Source: Lachnospiraceae bacterium (lineage in GTDB: Bacteria > Bacillota > Clostridia > Lachnospirales > Lachnospiraceae). Taken from it: 64,000 nt of DNA. Of this stretch, positions 8,598 to 19,036 are shown piece after piece. Position 1 is the first letter of the stretch. Every line of letters begins with the position of its first letter. The translations under genes and the position numbers were made by a program. The stretch lies in contig CAAGQC010000007.1 in NCBI GenBank assembly GCA_900771995.1, positions 2,852-66,851 on the forward strand. The letters are read 5' to 3'. The notes under the pieces were generated by a model, which saw nothing but the letters and a program-made list of their open reading frames with translations, searched no databases and was not told where the DNA came from.

Positions 8598-9365
8598 TTA
8601 TTTATGGTTCCTGATGTATTCTTCACAGTCTTCATATCTGGGGTAGCCATAATTATTCCTCAGACTGTCCTCAAATTTCTTCTCTTCTTCTGCCGTAAAT
8701 GTATATCGGTCTGCCATACTGTTCAGCGTTGCTTCCACATAGGGGCGGATATACTCTTTGTCTTCCTCCGACAGAACGAGTCCACCGTAATCCAGCCCCC
8801 GCAGGATCCAGTAATCATCCAGAAGCTGTACCTGCTGATATTCAAGCAGGGTCTCTCCGCTCTGTTCCAGTTCCAGATATTCTCTCGCATTTTTGCAGCT
8901 CATGAGCCTCGTGAAAATGCCGCTATGTTCCCACCTGTCTATCAATCTGTCTTCTACGATGGCCTGTTCATAAAACTCCGTCAGCCCTTCAAAATCCTGC
9001 TCCTGATACAAGCGATCCAGTATCGGAAAATTTTCCTTTTCCCACAGGTAATCCTCCTTGGCATCCCTGGGTTCTGTATAACGCACCCGGAACACGATCA
9101 CTGCAAATAACGCTGCCAGCACCGCAACTACGATAAATATCTTAGCTACAAATTTCTGCTTCTTTTTCAATTTTTCCTTCAGTTCCCGCTCCGGTACCTG
9201 TTCCAGCTGCTGCATATCCTGCCGCACACCTTCCAGTTTCCCCAGATACTCCGCTTCGGCGCCCTTATAGTTCAGGCTTCCGCAATAGGGACATTTCGGA
9301 AGCGTATCCTCAAACTCCGCACCGCAGGAACTGCACACGATCTTTTTTACTGTGGTATCTGCCAT
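8598..9365 (-). CDS. Zinc-ribbon domain membrane protein
   Basis: CSSCG...CPYCG, then Lys-rich segment, TM helix and C-terminal domain. Confidence 0.8.
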   Translation of the reverse strand: MADTTVKKIVCSSCGAEFEDTLPKCPYCGSLNYKGAEAEYLGKLEGVRQDMQQLEQVPERELKEKLKKKQKFVAKIFIVVAVLAALFAVIVFRVRYTEPRDAKEDYLWEKENFPILDRLYQEQDFEGLTEFYEQAIVEDRLIDRWEHSGIFTRLMSCKNAREYLELEQSGETLLEYQQVQLLDDYWILRGLDYGGLVLSEEDKEYIRPYVEATLNSMADRYTFTAEEEKKFEDSLRNNYGYPRYEDCEEYIRNHK

Positions 9366-9636
9366 AGTAGGGGTCTCCTCTTGATCCGGGCTTATTGCCC
9401 TGCTTATTTATGTTTATTCATTCCCCTCATGGGAAATCCTCCTTGCCTGCAAGCAGACCAGACTTCCGATGGACGAATTTATTCTCATCATACAACACAA
9501 AAAAGCAATGCGCAATCTGGGAATCTCTTTTAGCACACATCTTGAGGTTTTTGTCTCTTTCCTGTAAAATAAACTCAGTCGAAAAATCTGCCTGCGGCTC
9601 AACGTTTGCAGATTGTTGAAAGGAATGGGTATTCAT

Positions 9637-10605
9637 ATGTATGAGAACGGTTTTCTGGACCCGGCTTATATCACACCGGAAGAACAACAGATTTTAAATG
9701 GTGATCTTTCCGTTCAGAAGAATCTTTATACCAGCAAAAAAGACTTCGTCGTGGAGAGTGATAAATTTTTAGAGCATTCCGAAGATGATATCACCTTGCG
9801 TCGTCATACCCGTTTTGTAGATTTTCCGAAACATAAACATGATTATGTAGAGATTTTCTATTGTCTCTCCGGTTCTGTCACGCATGTCATAAATGAGGAG
9901 GAGATTCGCCTCCGTCCCGGAGAACTATTATTCATGAACCAGCATATCGAACATGCTGTCATGGCCTGCGGCAAGGAAGACCTCGGCATTAATATCATTA
10001 TCCGTCCAGCCTATTTCCAAAATATCCTGACCTTGATCAATAAGGATAATATTCTGGCAGATTTCATCATCAATGCGTTGGAAGGTGACAGTTGTGTCGG
10101 TCAATATCTGTACTTTACCGTCTCCGACAACCCCTGCATCCAGAACCTCATCCATAACGCCGTGTTCCTACTGTTGCAGCAGCCTCAGAACTGGCATAAG
10201 CTCTCGGAGCATACTTTTGCCCTGCTGTTCATGCACATCTTAAGCAATGCGGAAAATATTTTATTGGATCAGAAAGATGAACAAAGCAACGTCCTGATGG
10301 TGGTGGTCCGCAGATACCTCGCGGATCATTACGACACCGGAACCCTTCACGAGCTGGCGGCACAGATCGGATATACCCCATCTTCCCTGAGCCGTATGAT
10401 CAAAAAATATTCCGGCACGACCTTCAAGGAAATACAGACAAAGCAGCGCATGCGGGTCGCTATGAATCAGCTGTCCCACACGGCGCTGCCCGTGTCTGAG
10501 ATTGCCCTGTCCGTAGGCTATGAAAATCAGAACTTTTTCTACAAACAGTTCAAAAAAATGTATGATATGACGCCGAATGAGGCCCGCTTAAAATCCCGCC
10601 GATAG
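9637..10605 (+). CDS. AraC-family regulator with cupin domain (probable rhamnose regulator)
   Basis: HKHDYVEI cupin motif; C-terminal IALSVGYENQNFFYKQFKK HTH; convergent with rha operon. Confidence 0.85.
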   Translation: MYENGFLDPAYITPEEQQILNGDLSVQKNLYTSKKDFVVESDKFLEHSEDDITLRRHTRFVDFPKHKHDYVEIFYCLSGSVTHVINEEEIRLRPGELLFMNQHIEHAVMACGKEDLGINIIIRPAYFQNILTLINKDNILADFIINALEGDSCVGQYLYFTVSDNPCIQNLIHNAVFLLLQQPQNWHKLSEHTFALLFMHILSNAENILLDQKDEQSNVLMVVVRRYLADHYDTGTLHELAAQIGYTPSSLSRMIKKYSGTTFKEIQTKQRMRVAMNQLSHTALPVSEIALSVGYENQNFFYKQFKKMYDMTPNEARLKSRR

Positions 10606-10623
10606 CGTCAGGTATTCCCCAGA

Positions 10624-10655
10624 TAACGGTTCGAGTCCCTCGGATCGTTATTTTT
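10624..10655. terminator. Hairpin between convergent araC and rhaD
   Basis: ATAACGGTTCGAG-tcc-CTCGGATCGTTAT followed by T-run. Confidence 0.55.
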
Positions 10656-11469
10656 CGTATAAGAACTCTTCGGGAAGGGTCACACCGAAATCCTTTGCCA
10701 GATGACGGAAATCATCAGGAGTGATGGTCTGTCTCTTATTGGGCTGCATGGACAGCATCTTCACCAGAATCTCTGCGGACTTTTCTACAGTATGCATCAG
10801 CCCGAAGGTCAGGTCGAAATCCTTGCCTGCGGCAAAGGTTCCGTGATGTGCCCAGATTGCCAGATCGTACTTCTTCATCAGTTCGGAGGTTGCTACCGCG
10901 ATCTCTCTGCCGCCCGGTACCATCCAGGGCACAACTCCTACGCCATCCGGGAATACTACGGGACACTCGGTGGCCATCTCCCACAGTTCTCTGGTGAATA
11001 CCTTATCCTCCAGAGGCAGTACGAAGGTCAATGCGATAATGTTGGTGGTGTGTGCATGATATACCACACGGTAATCGGGATCCTGCAGTTTCTTTACTTC
11101 CAGGTTCATCAGGTGGCTGGGAAGCTCGGAGGTAGGTCTGCCGCCATTTACCAGGCCCCATACGATACGGTAATTCTCACCCTTGTCATCCAGTTCGATC
11201 ATGCAGATGGAATCCTCCGGCTTAATGCTAACATTGCGGAAATATTTGCCGCTGCCGGTTACCAGGAAATACTCTCCTGCCAGTGCGGGAACGGTGGTGC
11301 CAATGGGCTGGAACTCCTTTGGCTCAAAGTTCTCCTTTACCAGTTCTACCTCTTCCGGCTTCACGCGGTAAGACAGGTTGCCGCCGTTGCGCTCATGCCA
11401 GCCCTGCTGCCATCCATCGTCTGCCATTCTGATAAATCCCTGTACAAATTCTGCATCTAAAAATTTCAT
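10648..11469 (-). CDS. rhaD: Rhamnulose-1-phosphate aldolase
   Basis: GWHERNGGNLS, VTGSGKYFRN, PTSELPSH, H.H.T, W..HG metal ligands. Confidence 0.95.
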   Translation of the reverse strand: MKFLDAEFVQGFIRMADDGWQQGWHERNGGNLSYRVKPEEVELVKENFEPKEFQPIGTTVPALAGEYFLVTGSGKYFRNVSIKPEDSICMIELDDKGENYRIVWGLVNGGRPTSELPSHLMNLEVKKLQDPDYRVVYHAHTTNIIALTFVLPLEDKVFTRELWEMATECPVVFPDGVGVVPWMVPGGREIAVATSELMKKYDLAIWAHHGTFAAGKDFDLTFGLMHTVEKSAEILVKMLSMQPNKRQTITPDDFRHLAKDFGVTLPEEFLYEK

Positions 11470-11563
11470 GATAATCCCTAACCTTTCCGTTGTCTGCAAG
11501 CCCTCCGGCACAGACATATTTTTCAAAACTATAATCGTATTCTCGTTTATTACGCCAATATCA

Positions 11564-12991
11564 TTACCGTGTGATCACATCTACCGGTACGTTCAATATT
11601 TTAGCAACCTTTAAAATGGTGTCAATATGTCTTCCGGCTGCAGCTGCCATGTGATGGGTAGGGCCTGCCTCACTCCAACGGTTCACGAACTCTCTGCAAG
11701 GAATAGAGAATTTGGTACGCATATTGGTATCGCCGAAAGTGAAGATCGGTCCCGGCTGATTCTCGCCTTCTGCCACAACGAACTTAAAGTTGCCGTCCTT
11801 ATCCTGCGTGATAGCCAGATAGGTTACAGGGCCTACAGGAGGATAGAACTGGGTCAGATATCCGCCGCCCACCTTGCCGTGGAATACTTTCACGATCTTC
11901 ATGGTAGGCTTATGTGCCAGAGAGATATCCGCATCGCCGGATCCGGAATGACCGATGATGCAGATGTCCTCGTTGAAATCAATGGAGTACATCTCGGACA
12001 GCTGTCCCATACCGGAAATGGTCTTCAAAATGGACATTGCCATGGCCACCTTCATGTCGCCTTCTACGGCACATGCGGTGCCCTGCTTGATCAGCATGGA
12101 AAATGCGGGGATCAGCATGGAGTCCAGTTTACCGGCTACGCCCTGGGCCTTGCCGGCATAATGGGAAGCGATCATGCTTAAATCTTCATCCTTTGCCCAC
12201 TGTTCAAAAGCAAGGACATGTTTTGCCATATCCATAATATCTTCGTCATCTGCGGTAGCGCCGCCCTCTACTTCGAAGGTATCGATGATATCCTGTGCCT
12301 TTGCCTTGATGGCTTCGGTATCGGTGATATCATCCGCAATGGCCCACATATCTTCCCAGTCAAACTGCTTGGTATACAGGCCCATTCTGTTGTAAAGATT
12401 GGTCTCATCGATATAGAGATCCATCATGCCGGGATAAGGACGGCCAATCTGGGCGATATTGGTCTGGCGGAAACGTCTGCGGACCTGGGCTGCCTTACAC
12501 CAGTCAGCGATTTCTGCTGCCACCTCCGGGTCACCGCCTTCTACAACGCCGGTGATCACAGCATGTCTCTTGCCCGCACGTTCCAAGTCTGCCACAGCCT
12601 CACCTACGGCACCGCAGGCATACAGGTCTCCCAGCCAGATGGGAATGTCTGTGTTCGCATAGTCCGGAGCCAGCTTCTTCTGCACATTGATGCACACTAC
12701 GGGAACATCCAGGTCACGAATGGCAGGAAGTACGTTATAGGAAGTTGCATAGGTCAGCAGCTGTAAAAATACCAGATCCACATCTGCCGCACGGAACTTG
12801 TCGCCTGCTGCCATAGCCTGTTCCTTGGTGGTCACCATGCCGCCGTCAATGATGTCTACGGTATCGGGAATCGTCTTCTTGAAATCCTCATACTGCGCCT
12901 CGAAATTAGACACCAGCTGGGGAAACTGGGGCAGATATGCTCCCAGAGCGATGGAAAATACACCGATCTTTGCCTTTGTGTTTACTAACAT
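11564..12991 (-). CDS. L-fucose/L-arabinose isomerase family protein (putative L-rhamnose isomerase)
   Basis: EGD, GHSG, GPTHH motifs of the FucI/AraA fold; sits between rhaB and rhaD. Confidence 0.85.
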   Translation of the reverse strand: MLVNTKAKIGVFSIALGAYLPQFPQLVSNFEAQYEDFKKTIPDTVDIIDGGMVTTKEQAMAAGDKFRAADVDLVFLQLLTYATSYNVLPAIRDLDVPVVCINVQKKLAPDYANTDIPIWLGDLYACGAVGEAVADLERAGKRHAVITGVVEGGDPEVAAEIADWCKAAQVRRRFRQTNIAQIGRPYPGMMDLYIDETNLYNRMGLYTKQFDWEDMWAIADDITDTEAIKAKAQDIIDTFEVEGGATADDEDIMDMAKHVLAFEQWAKDEDLSMIASHYAGKAQGVAGKLDSMLIPAFSMLIKQGTACAVEGDMKVAMAMSILKTISGMGQLSEMYSIDFNEDICIIGHSGSGDADISLAHKPTMKIVKVFHGKVGGGYLTQFYPPVGPVTYLAITQDKDGNFKFVVAEGENQPGPIFTFGDTNMRTKFSIPCREFVNRWSEAGPTHHMAAAAGRHIDTILKVAKILNVPVDVITR

Positions 12992-13062
12992 TTATGATTT
13001 CCTCCTTTTTAGGTCATGATTTATGTAACTGTTCCGCCTGCGCATTGGCAAGCTGCTTTCTA

Positions 13063-14472
13063 TTACTTTGCCGGAACAAATGTCTTGATCTCAAAAGACT
13101 CCCGGACACATTTTCTGGCACTCTTCAGATCCGCCAGTTCTTCCGCATGGATCATCTGCGCCAGCAGATTACCGATAGCCGTGGCCTCTCCGGGGCCTGC
13201 ATATACGGTCTTGCCTGTAGCATCCGCCGTCAGCTGGTTCAGATATGCGGCATTGGAACCGCCGCCGATGATATGGATGCTGTCGTAGGTCTTCCCTGCA
13301 ATTTTTTCCAGACCGCTTACCGTCTCCCCATAGGACTGTGCCAGACTGCGGTATACCACGGAAGCCAGTTCGCCCACGGTTTCCGGCACTGGCTGTCCTG
13401 TCTTCTGACAGTACTGCTTTATCGCTTCCACCATACTGTCCGGAGAGAGGAAGCTCTGGTCATTCACATCCACTCTGGACGGGAACTCCTTGCTTTCCTC
13501 CGCCATATCGCACAGCTGTGCAAAAGAGTAAGCGTCATTATATTCATGTCTTACGGACTGGATCATCCACAATCCCATAATATTTTTCAGGAAACGGAAC
13601 CGGTGATCGTAGCCGCCCTCATTGGTAAAGTTGGCTGCTGCCGCATCCTCGTTGATAATGGGTGTCAGTGATTCGATTCCCATGAGGGACCAGGTTCCCG
13701 AACTGATATAGATGCCGTCCCCCTCTGTCTGGGGTACTGCCATCACGGCAGATGCCGTGTCATGGCTTCCGCACAGCACTACTTCCAGATCATATCCAAC
13801 TTCCTTCTGAATCTCGGGAAGCAGCTGTCCCACTTTCGTTCCGGGCATCTGCAGAGGCAGGAAAATATCCTCCGGATAGCCCAGCTTCCGGATCAGGTCC
13901 GTATCCCACTGGAAAGTGGTGGGATTCACCAGCTGTGTGGTGGAACCGTTGGTATACTCCGATAATTTATGACCCGTCAGACGGAATCCGAAATAGTCCG
14001 GCAGCATGAGAAGTGTCTTCGCCTGCTGTAAAAGTTCCGGGGTCTGCTGTTTTACTGCCATCAGCTGATACACGGTATTGAAGATCTGCTTCTGGATACC
14101 GGTTCTTGCATACAGCTCTGTCTCCGGCAGGATCTTCGCCACTTCTGCGTCCATACCGTCCGTACGATGATCGCGATAACCGTAAGTATCTCCCAGGACA
14201 CGATCCTGCTCATCCAGCAGCACATAATCCACCGCCCAGGTGTCGATGGCCATGCTTACCGGGATCTTTCCCAGTTCTTTGCATTTCTTCATGCCGGCAA
14301 CGATCTCGCCGAACAGGCGGTTCACATCCCACAGAAGCTTGCCGTCCTTATGATCCATACCGTTCTCAAAACGGTAGATCTCTTCCAACTCTATTTTGCC
14401 ATTCTCCAGATGTCCCAGAATATGTCGTCCGCTGGAAGCACCGATATCCACGGCCAGATAATATTTTCCCAT
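13063..14472 (-). CDS. rhaB: Rhamnulokinase
   Basis: LAVDIGASSGR, IDTWAVDY, SHDTASA, ISSGTWSL, TNEGG, LKNIMGLW. Confidence 0.93.
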   Translation of the reverse strand: MGKYYLAVDIGASSGRHILGHLENGKIELEEIYRFENGMDHKDGKLLWDVNRLFGEIVAGMKKCKELGKIPVSMAIDTWAVDYVLLDEQDRVLGDTYGYRDHRTDGMDAEVAKILPETELYARTGIQKQIFNTVYQLMAVKQQTPELLQQAKTLLMLPDYFGFRLTGHKLSEYTNGSTTQLVNPTTFQWDTDLIRKLGYPEDIFLPLQMPGTKVGQLLPEIQKEVGYDLEVVLCGSHDTASAVMAVPQTEGDGIYISSGTWSLMGIESLTPIINEDAAAANFTNEGGYDHRFRFLKNIMGLWMIQSVRHEYNDAYSFAQLCDMAEESKEFPSRVDVNDQSFLSPDSMVEAIKQYCQKTGQPVPETVGELASVVYRSLAQSYGETVSGLEKIAGKTYDSIHIIGGGSNAAYLNQLTADATGKTVYAGPGEATAIGNLLAQMIHAEELADLKSARKCVRESFEIKTFVPAK

Positions 14473-14491
14473 AAGATATCCACAGCCTCCC

Positions 14492-14809
14492 TTATCTGAA
14501 ACTGAATACCTGTGTCAGAAGCGGCTGTGCTCCCGTGACAGGATCCTTCTCCATGATCAGAATATCTTTCATATATTCATCCCATTTTTTCACGACGTCG
14601 CTCTCCGCCTGCACTTTTGCGGCATATTCCACGCCTTTTTCACATTCGTAATATCCAAACAGTTCCTCACCCTGCATCCAGATGGAATAGTTCACGATTC
14701 CGGCATTTGCCAGAACTTCCTTCATCTCCGGCCAGATATTGTCGTGTCTCTTCTTATATTCATCCTGCATTCCCGGTACAATTTTTCCGCGCCATGCGTA
14801 TTTTTCCAT
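14492..14809 (-). CDS. rhaM: L-rhamnose mutarotase
   Basis: EYKKRHDNIWPEM, NYSI, LFGY motifs. Confidence 0.92.
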   Translation of the reverse strand: MEKYAWRGKIVPGMQDEYKKRHDNIWPEMKEVLANAGIVNYSIWMQGEELFGYYECEKGVEYAAKVQAESDVVKKWDEYMKDILIMEKDPVTGAQPLLTQVFSFR

Positions 14810-14976
14810 AGTTACCACCATACCTTTCTTCGTATTCCGATGTGTCCTGCGGGCGGACAGACCGCCCCTTTTACGCTGATTCTGTATTTATTGTAGCCCC
14901 GGACTGTTGATTATGAAATGACATTATTTGCTCCGGGCACTGTCCGATTTTGCCCGAATGGGGTATAATGTTTTTC

Positions 14977-15894
14977 ATGGAAAGAACACTTACTTATACC
15001 ACTGAAAATCTCATAACGCCCCTGCCGGTCAATCATTTTCTGAAGCAGAAGGGCTTCTCCTCCCAGAATCTGGTGCAGCTGAAAAAGAACCCTGATGCCG
15101 TGCTGGCAAACGGGATTCCCTGTTTTATGAATCATATGCTGCAGCCGGGTGATACCCTGACACTGCACATCCGGGAAGATCATTCTTCGGAAAAGATTCC
15201 TCCTGTGGATCTGCCGTTAAACATTGTCTACGAGGATGCAGATCTCATGGTGATCAATAAACCGGCCGGCATGCCGATCCATCCTTCCATGAACAATTAT
15301 TATAATTCCATGGCCAATGCCCTGGCTTATTATTTTGAGCAGCAGAACTGTCCTTTTGTCTTCCGCTGCATCAATCGTCTGGACCGGGACACCTCCGGCC
15401 TGACCATTGTGGCGAAGCATTATGTCAGCGCCGGAATGCTGTCTGCCATGATCGCCAATAAGGCAGCTTCCGGCATCACACGGGAATATCTTGCCATTGC
15501 GAAAGGTTCGGTACAACCGCCTTATGGTACGATCACTGCGCCTCTCGGGCGCAAGGCGGGCTCCATCATTGAGCGTACCGTAGACTTCGAAAAAGGGGAA
15601 TCTGCTGTTACGCATTATAAAGTATTGGACGAAAAAAACGGGCACAGCTTGGTCTCTCTGATCTTAGAGACCGGCCGCACCCATCAGATACGGATCCATC
15701 TGAAATATCTTGGTTATCCCCTGATCGGAGATTATCTGTATAACCCGGATATGAAATGGATACAGCGGCAGGCGCTGCATGCCTGGAAGCTGTCCTTCCG
15801 TCATCCCATTACCGGGGAAACACTTGCCTTTACTGCGCCGTTGCCGGAAGATATGGCGGCGATAGCGGGCGATACCCCATGGAGCATCTCCTGA
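14977..15894 (+). CDS. RluA/RluD-family pseudouridine synthase
   Basis: INKPAG, NRLDRDTSG, ETGRTHQIR, GDYLY, QALHA. Confidence 0.95.
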   Translation: MERTLTYTTENLITPLPVNHFLKQKGFSSQNLVQLKKNPDAVLANGIPCFMNHMLQPGDTLTLHIREDHSSEKIPPVDLPLNIVYEDADLMVINKPAGMPIHPSMNNYYNSMANALAYYFEQQNCPFVFRCINRLDRDTSGLTIVAKHYVSAGMLSAMIANKAASGITREYLAIAKGSVQPPYGTITAPLGRKAGSIIERTVDFEKGESAVTHYKVLDEKNGHSLVSLILETGRTHQIRIHLKYLGYPLIGDYLYNPDMKWIQRQALHAWKLSFRHPITGETLAFTAPLPEDMAAIAGDTPWSIS

Positions 15895-15933
15895 ATCTGC
15901 CTGATCTGTCGGCAGTCAGCCCATGGTTTTGTA

Positions 15934-16641
15934 CTACATCCGCAGTTTCTTCAGCGCTTTTTCCCGGATCAGACATTCGCCATGTTCTTCCAGATATCGT
16001 ACTTTCTGTTCATCCGCAGCATACAGCCCTGCGAATTCCATCGCCTGGATGCAGGCTCTGCTGTAACGCTCGTAAGAAGCACCGCCTTTTTGTACATAGA
16101 CATAACAGGTGCCGTCATCCATCCGGTACAACGTACTGTTGATCCGTAAGTTCGCCGGTAATACAGCGGCGTATTCAATCACTCTGCCAATATTGCGGAA
16201 AGCGAAGATGGCAAGCTGGGGCTTTGCCGCTTCCTCGGCCTTTCCTTTCTTCTTTCTGCCTTTTCCGGCATTTCTCTCCGCTTCTTCTCTGGCCTGCTTT
16301 TCCAGCGTAGCGTTGATCTCTGCCTTCTTCTCCTCGAAGACCCGTTTCATCTCCTGTAAAGCCTGCATCAGCTGCGCTCCGCTCTTGTTCTCCAGCGGCT
16401 CTTTCTCCGAGAATACCAGCACCAGTCCCTCATCCGGCAGCATCATGATCTGCAGATCAAAGGCGTACTTCGGCGGCTTGTAGCCCACCTCTTCCTCTGC
16501 CTGCTCGATGATCTCCTGTACCACCTCTTTGGCCTTATCACTGCGGGTCACAAAATCTTTATAATCAATATCGTACTCTTCCAGCTCCTCGTTGGAAAGA
16601 AAGCACTTGACTGTCTTGTCATCAATTCGTTCTATTTTCAT
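15934..16641 (-). CDS. mecA: Adaptor protein MecA
   Basis: MKIERID..TVKCFLS.EEL N-terminus; C-terminal YLEEHG..LI...AL..L. Confidence 0.85.
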   Translation of the reverse strand: MKIERIDDKTVKCFLSNEELEEYDIDYKDFVTRSDKAKEVVQEIIEQAEEEVGYKPPKYAFDLQIMMLPDEGLVLVFSEKEPLENKSGAQLMQALQEMKRVFEEKKAEINATLEKQAREEAERNAGKGRKKKGKAEEAAKPQLAIFAFRNIGRVIEYAAVLPANLRINSTLYRMDDGTCYVYVQKGGASYERYSRACIQAMEFAGLYAADEQKVRYLEEHGECLIREKALKKLRM

Positions 16642-16706
16642 AGCTATCACCTCTTACTGTTATATGTATGATAGCATAAAAATGTTGTGATTTCTACTGT
16701 CCAAAT

Positions 16707-16946
16707 TTAAACAATTCTTGATTTTAACGGAACCATCACGACTGCTGTTCTTTCTTTTATTGCAGGATTGCATTGGTTTTGGTATGGGCATCCGGTAATC
16801 TGTGTTCCGGCTCCGTTTACCTGAAATTCTCCAAGAATCTCGCGTGGTTTACGTCCAAGTAGTCCTACTGTCATAAGACGAATGTTTTTCCCGGATGCCA
16901 GTTTTGTATTTTCTTCACCTGCATAGGCACCATCGGTAATGAGCAT
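16707..16946 (-). mobile_element. DDE transposase fragment (IS remnant)
   Basis: LITDGAYAGEEN DDE-like motif and CP..QC remnant; no start or ends. Confidence 0.65.
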
Positions 16947-17176
16947 GACAGATGTATCCGGTTACAATTACTCAGACATAATAATATCTCTTAAATCTAC
17001 AAGAATAATATTCTTGGCTTAACATCATAGAGGAAAGCAAAAACACTTGCATTTTGCCTGGACACCGTTTTTCTGCAGAATAATGTAACAAATTATTTGG
17101 CATTATTCCGAAACAAATTGATATATTTCCTTTTATCGGTTATACTATAGACAATCACTCTAGGGAGGTATCAGAG

Positions 17177-19036
17177 ATGGATGAAATGATGAGTGTCAAA
17201 GAAGCTGCAAAGCGTTGGAATGTAACAGAACGGCGGATTTCTGCTCTTTGCAAGGATGGCAAGATTCCGGGAGTCAGAAAAGAGGGCCGCTCCTGGTTGA
17301 TTCCTGCTGATGCCAAAAAGCCTGCAGACAATCGGATAAAGACAGGGGCTTATGTAAAAAAAGTGCGTTCTGCAAACCTTCCGCTACCCATTGGTGTCTC
17401 TGATTATCGTTTGGCTTGTTCAGAATATTACTACATTGATAAGACCATGATGATTAAGGACTTCCTTGACGAACGTCCCATGGTTTCCCTTTTTACCAGA
17501 CCCCGCCGGTTTGGCAAGACCCTGAATATGGATATGCTGCGTACCTTCTTTGAAAAAACCGATGAAGATACCTCTATCTATTTCAAAGATAAGAAAATTT
17601 GGGCCTGCGGCAAGAAGTATCGGGATTATCAAGGCAAGTATCCGGTCATTTTTGTGACTTTCAAGGACATTAAGTTTGACACCTGGGAAAAAACTTTCGA
17701 TGCAATCAAGAACGTGTTTGCAAAGGAGGCCAGACGACACAGCGAGCTGCAAACCAGCGACAAATGTGATATTTACAGCAAAAATGCCTTCAGCAATTTG
17801 CTGAGTGGGAATGTGAGTGAAGTTGAATTAACTCAGGCGTTACAGGATCTCTCCATGATGCTTCATCAACATTACGACATTGCTCCCATCATTATCATTG
17901 ATGAGTATGACATACCCATTCATCAGGGATATATGAAGGGATATTACGATCAAGTCATACTCTTCATGCGAAATCTGTTTTCCGGCGGTTTGAAGGATAA
18001 CAGGCATCTGTCCTTTGGATTCCTGACCGGCATCCTGCGTGTGGCAAAGGAAAGCATTTTCAGCGGTCTGAACAACCTGACCATCAACTCCGTGCTGGAC
18101 CAAAAATACAGTGCTTACTTTGGATTTACCTCTGATGAAGTCAGAGAAATGGCGGCGTACTACGGTGTACCTGAGAAATATGATGACATCTGCCAGTGGT
18201 ATGATGGCTATTGCTTCGGCAGAACCGAGATTTTCAATCCCTGGTCTGTCATCAATTATTTCAATAATGGGTGCGAACCAAGAGCCTACTGGCAATCTAC
18301 CGGCAGCAACGACATTATCGGCGAAGTCATATCCCAGGCCGACGAGGAAATCTACACTAAGCTGACATCTTTAGTCAACGGAGAAACCTTCACCACCTAC
18401 ATTGACACGGGCGTTATCTATCCGCAGATCAAGAATAACCCCTCTACCATTTACAGCTTTCTTTTGGTAACAGGTTATCTGAAGGTGCTGAAAACCACAC
18501 CGTCCTTTAACGGAGATTTTATGTGTGAGGTTGCCTTACCCAACAAGGAAATCTCACTGGTATATCACAAGGAAATCCTGCAACAGCTGGACAACATCAT
18601 TTCTCAGGCAACCGCTATTTCCATTCAGGAAGCGATTTTCTCGGGAGATAACAGGAAACTGCAGGTAATGATTCAAACCCTGCTCACCCAGTCCATCAGC
18701 TCTTTTGACACCGCAGGGGAGAACTTCTACCACGGCTTTGTTCTCGGTCTGTGCGCTTTGCTTGGGGACTTCTACATCACCTCCAACCGGGAATCCGGGG
18801 ATGGTAGATACGATATTCAATTAAGGCCCAAGAAGCACCATCTTCCCGGCATACTGATTGAGTTAAAGGCCGAAAAGAGCTGCAGCCATGAAGCCCTGAA
18901 AAAGCTCTCGAAGACAGCTTTGCAGCAGATCAATGATAAAAAATACGACACAAACATGATTTCCGAAGGTGTCCAGACCATTTATAAATACGGCGTCGCT
19001 TTTAGCGGAAAAAATGTCGAGGTTTCTGTAGGATAA
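17177..19036 (+). CDS. AAA-ATPase-like protein with N-terminal excisionase-like HTH and C-terminal PD-(D/E)XK nuclease
   Basis: MSVKEAAKRW HTH; LPIG..D, YYIDKT, RPRRFGKT Walker A, IIDEYD Walker B; SNRESGDGRYDI...IELK. Confidence 0.92.
   Translation: MDEMMSVKEAAKRWNVTERRISALCKDGKIPGVRKEGRSWLIPADAKKPADNRIKTGAYVKKVRSANLPLPIGVSDYRLACSEYYYIDKTMMIKDFLDERPMVSLFTRPRRFGKTLNMDMLRTFFEKTDEDTSIYFKDKKIWACGKKYRDYQGKYPVIFVTFKDIKFDTWEKTFDAIKNVFAKEARRHSELQTSDKCDIYSKNAFSNLLSGNVSEVELTQALQDLSMMLHQHYDIAPIIIIDEYDIPIHQGYMKGYYDQVILFMRNLFSGGLKDNRHLSFGFLTGILRVAKESIFSGLNNLTINSVLDQKYSAYFGFTSDEVREMAAYYGVPEKYDDICQWYDGYCFGRTEIFNPWSVINYFNNGCEPRAYWQSTGSNDIIGEVISQADEEIYTKLTSLVNGETFTTYIDTGVIYPQIKNNPSTIYSFLLVTGYLKVLKTTPSFNGDFMCEVALPNKEISLVYHKEILQQLDNIISQATAISIQEAIFSGDNRKLQVMIQTLLTQSISSFDTAGENFYHGFVLGLCALLGDFYITSNRESGDGRYDIQLRPKKHHLPGILIELKAEKSCSHEALKKLSKTALQQINDKKYDTNMISEGVQTIYKYGVAFSGKNVEVSVG

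Noticed and set aside
10628..10640. GGTTCGAGTCCC resembles a tRNA T-arm
   Set aside because: No D-arm, anticodon arm or acceptor stem; it forms one arm of the hairpin between convergent genes
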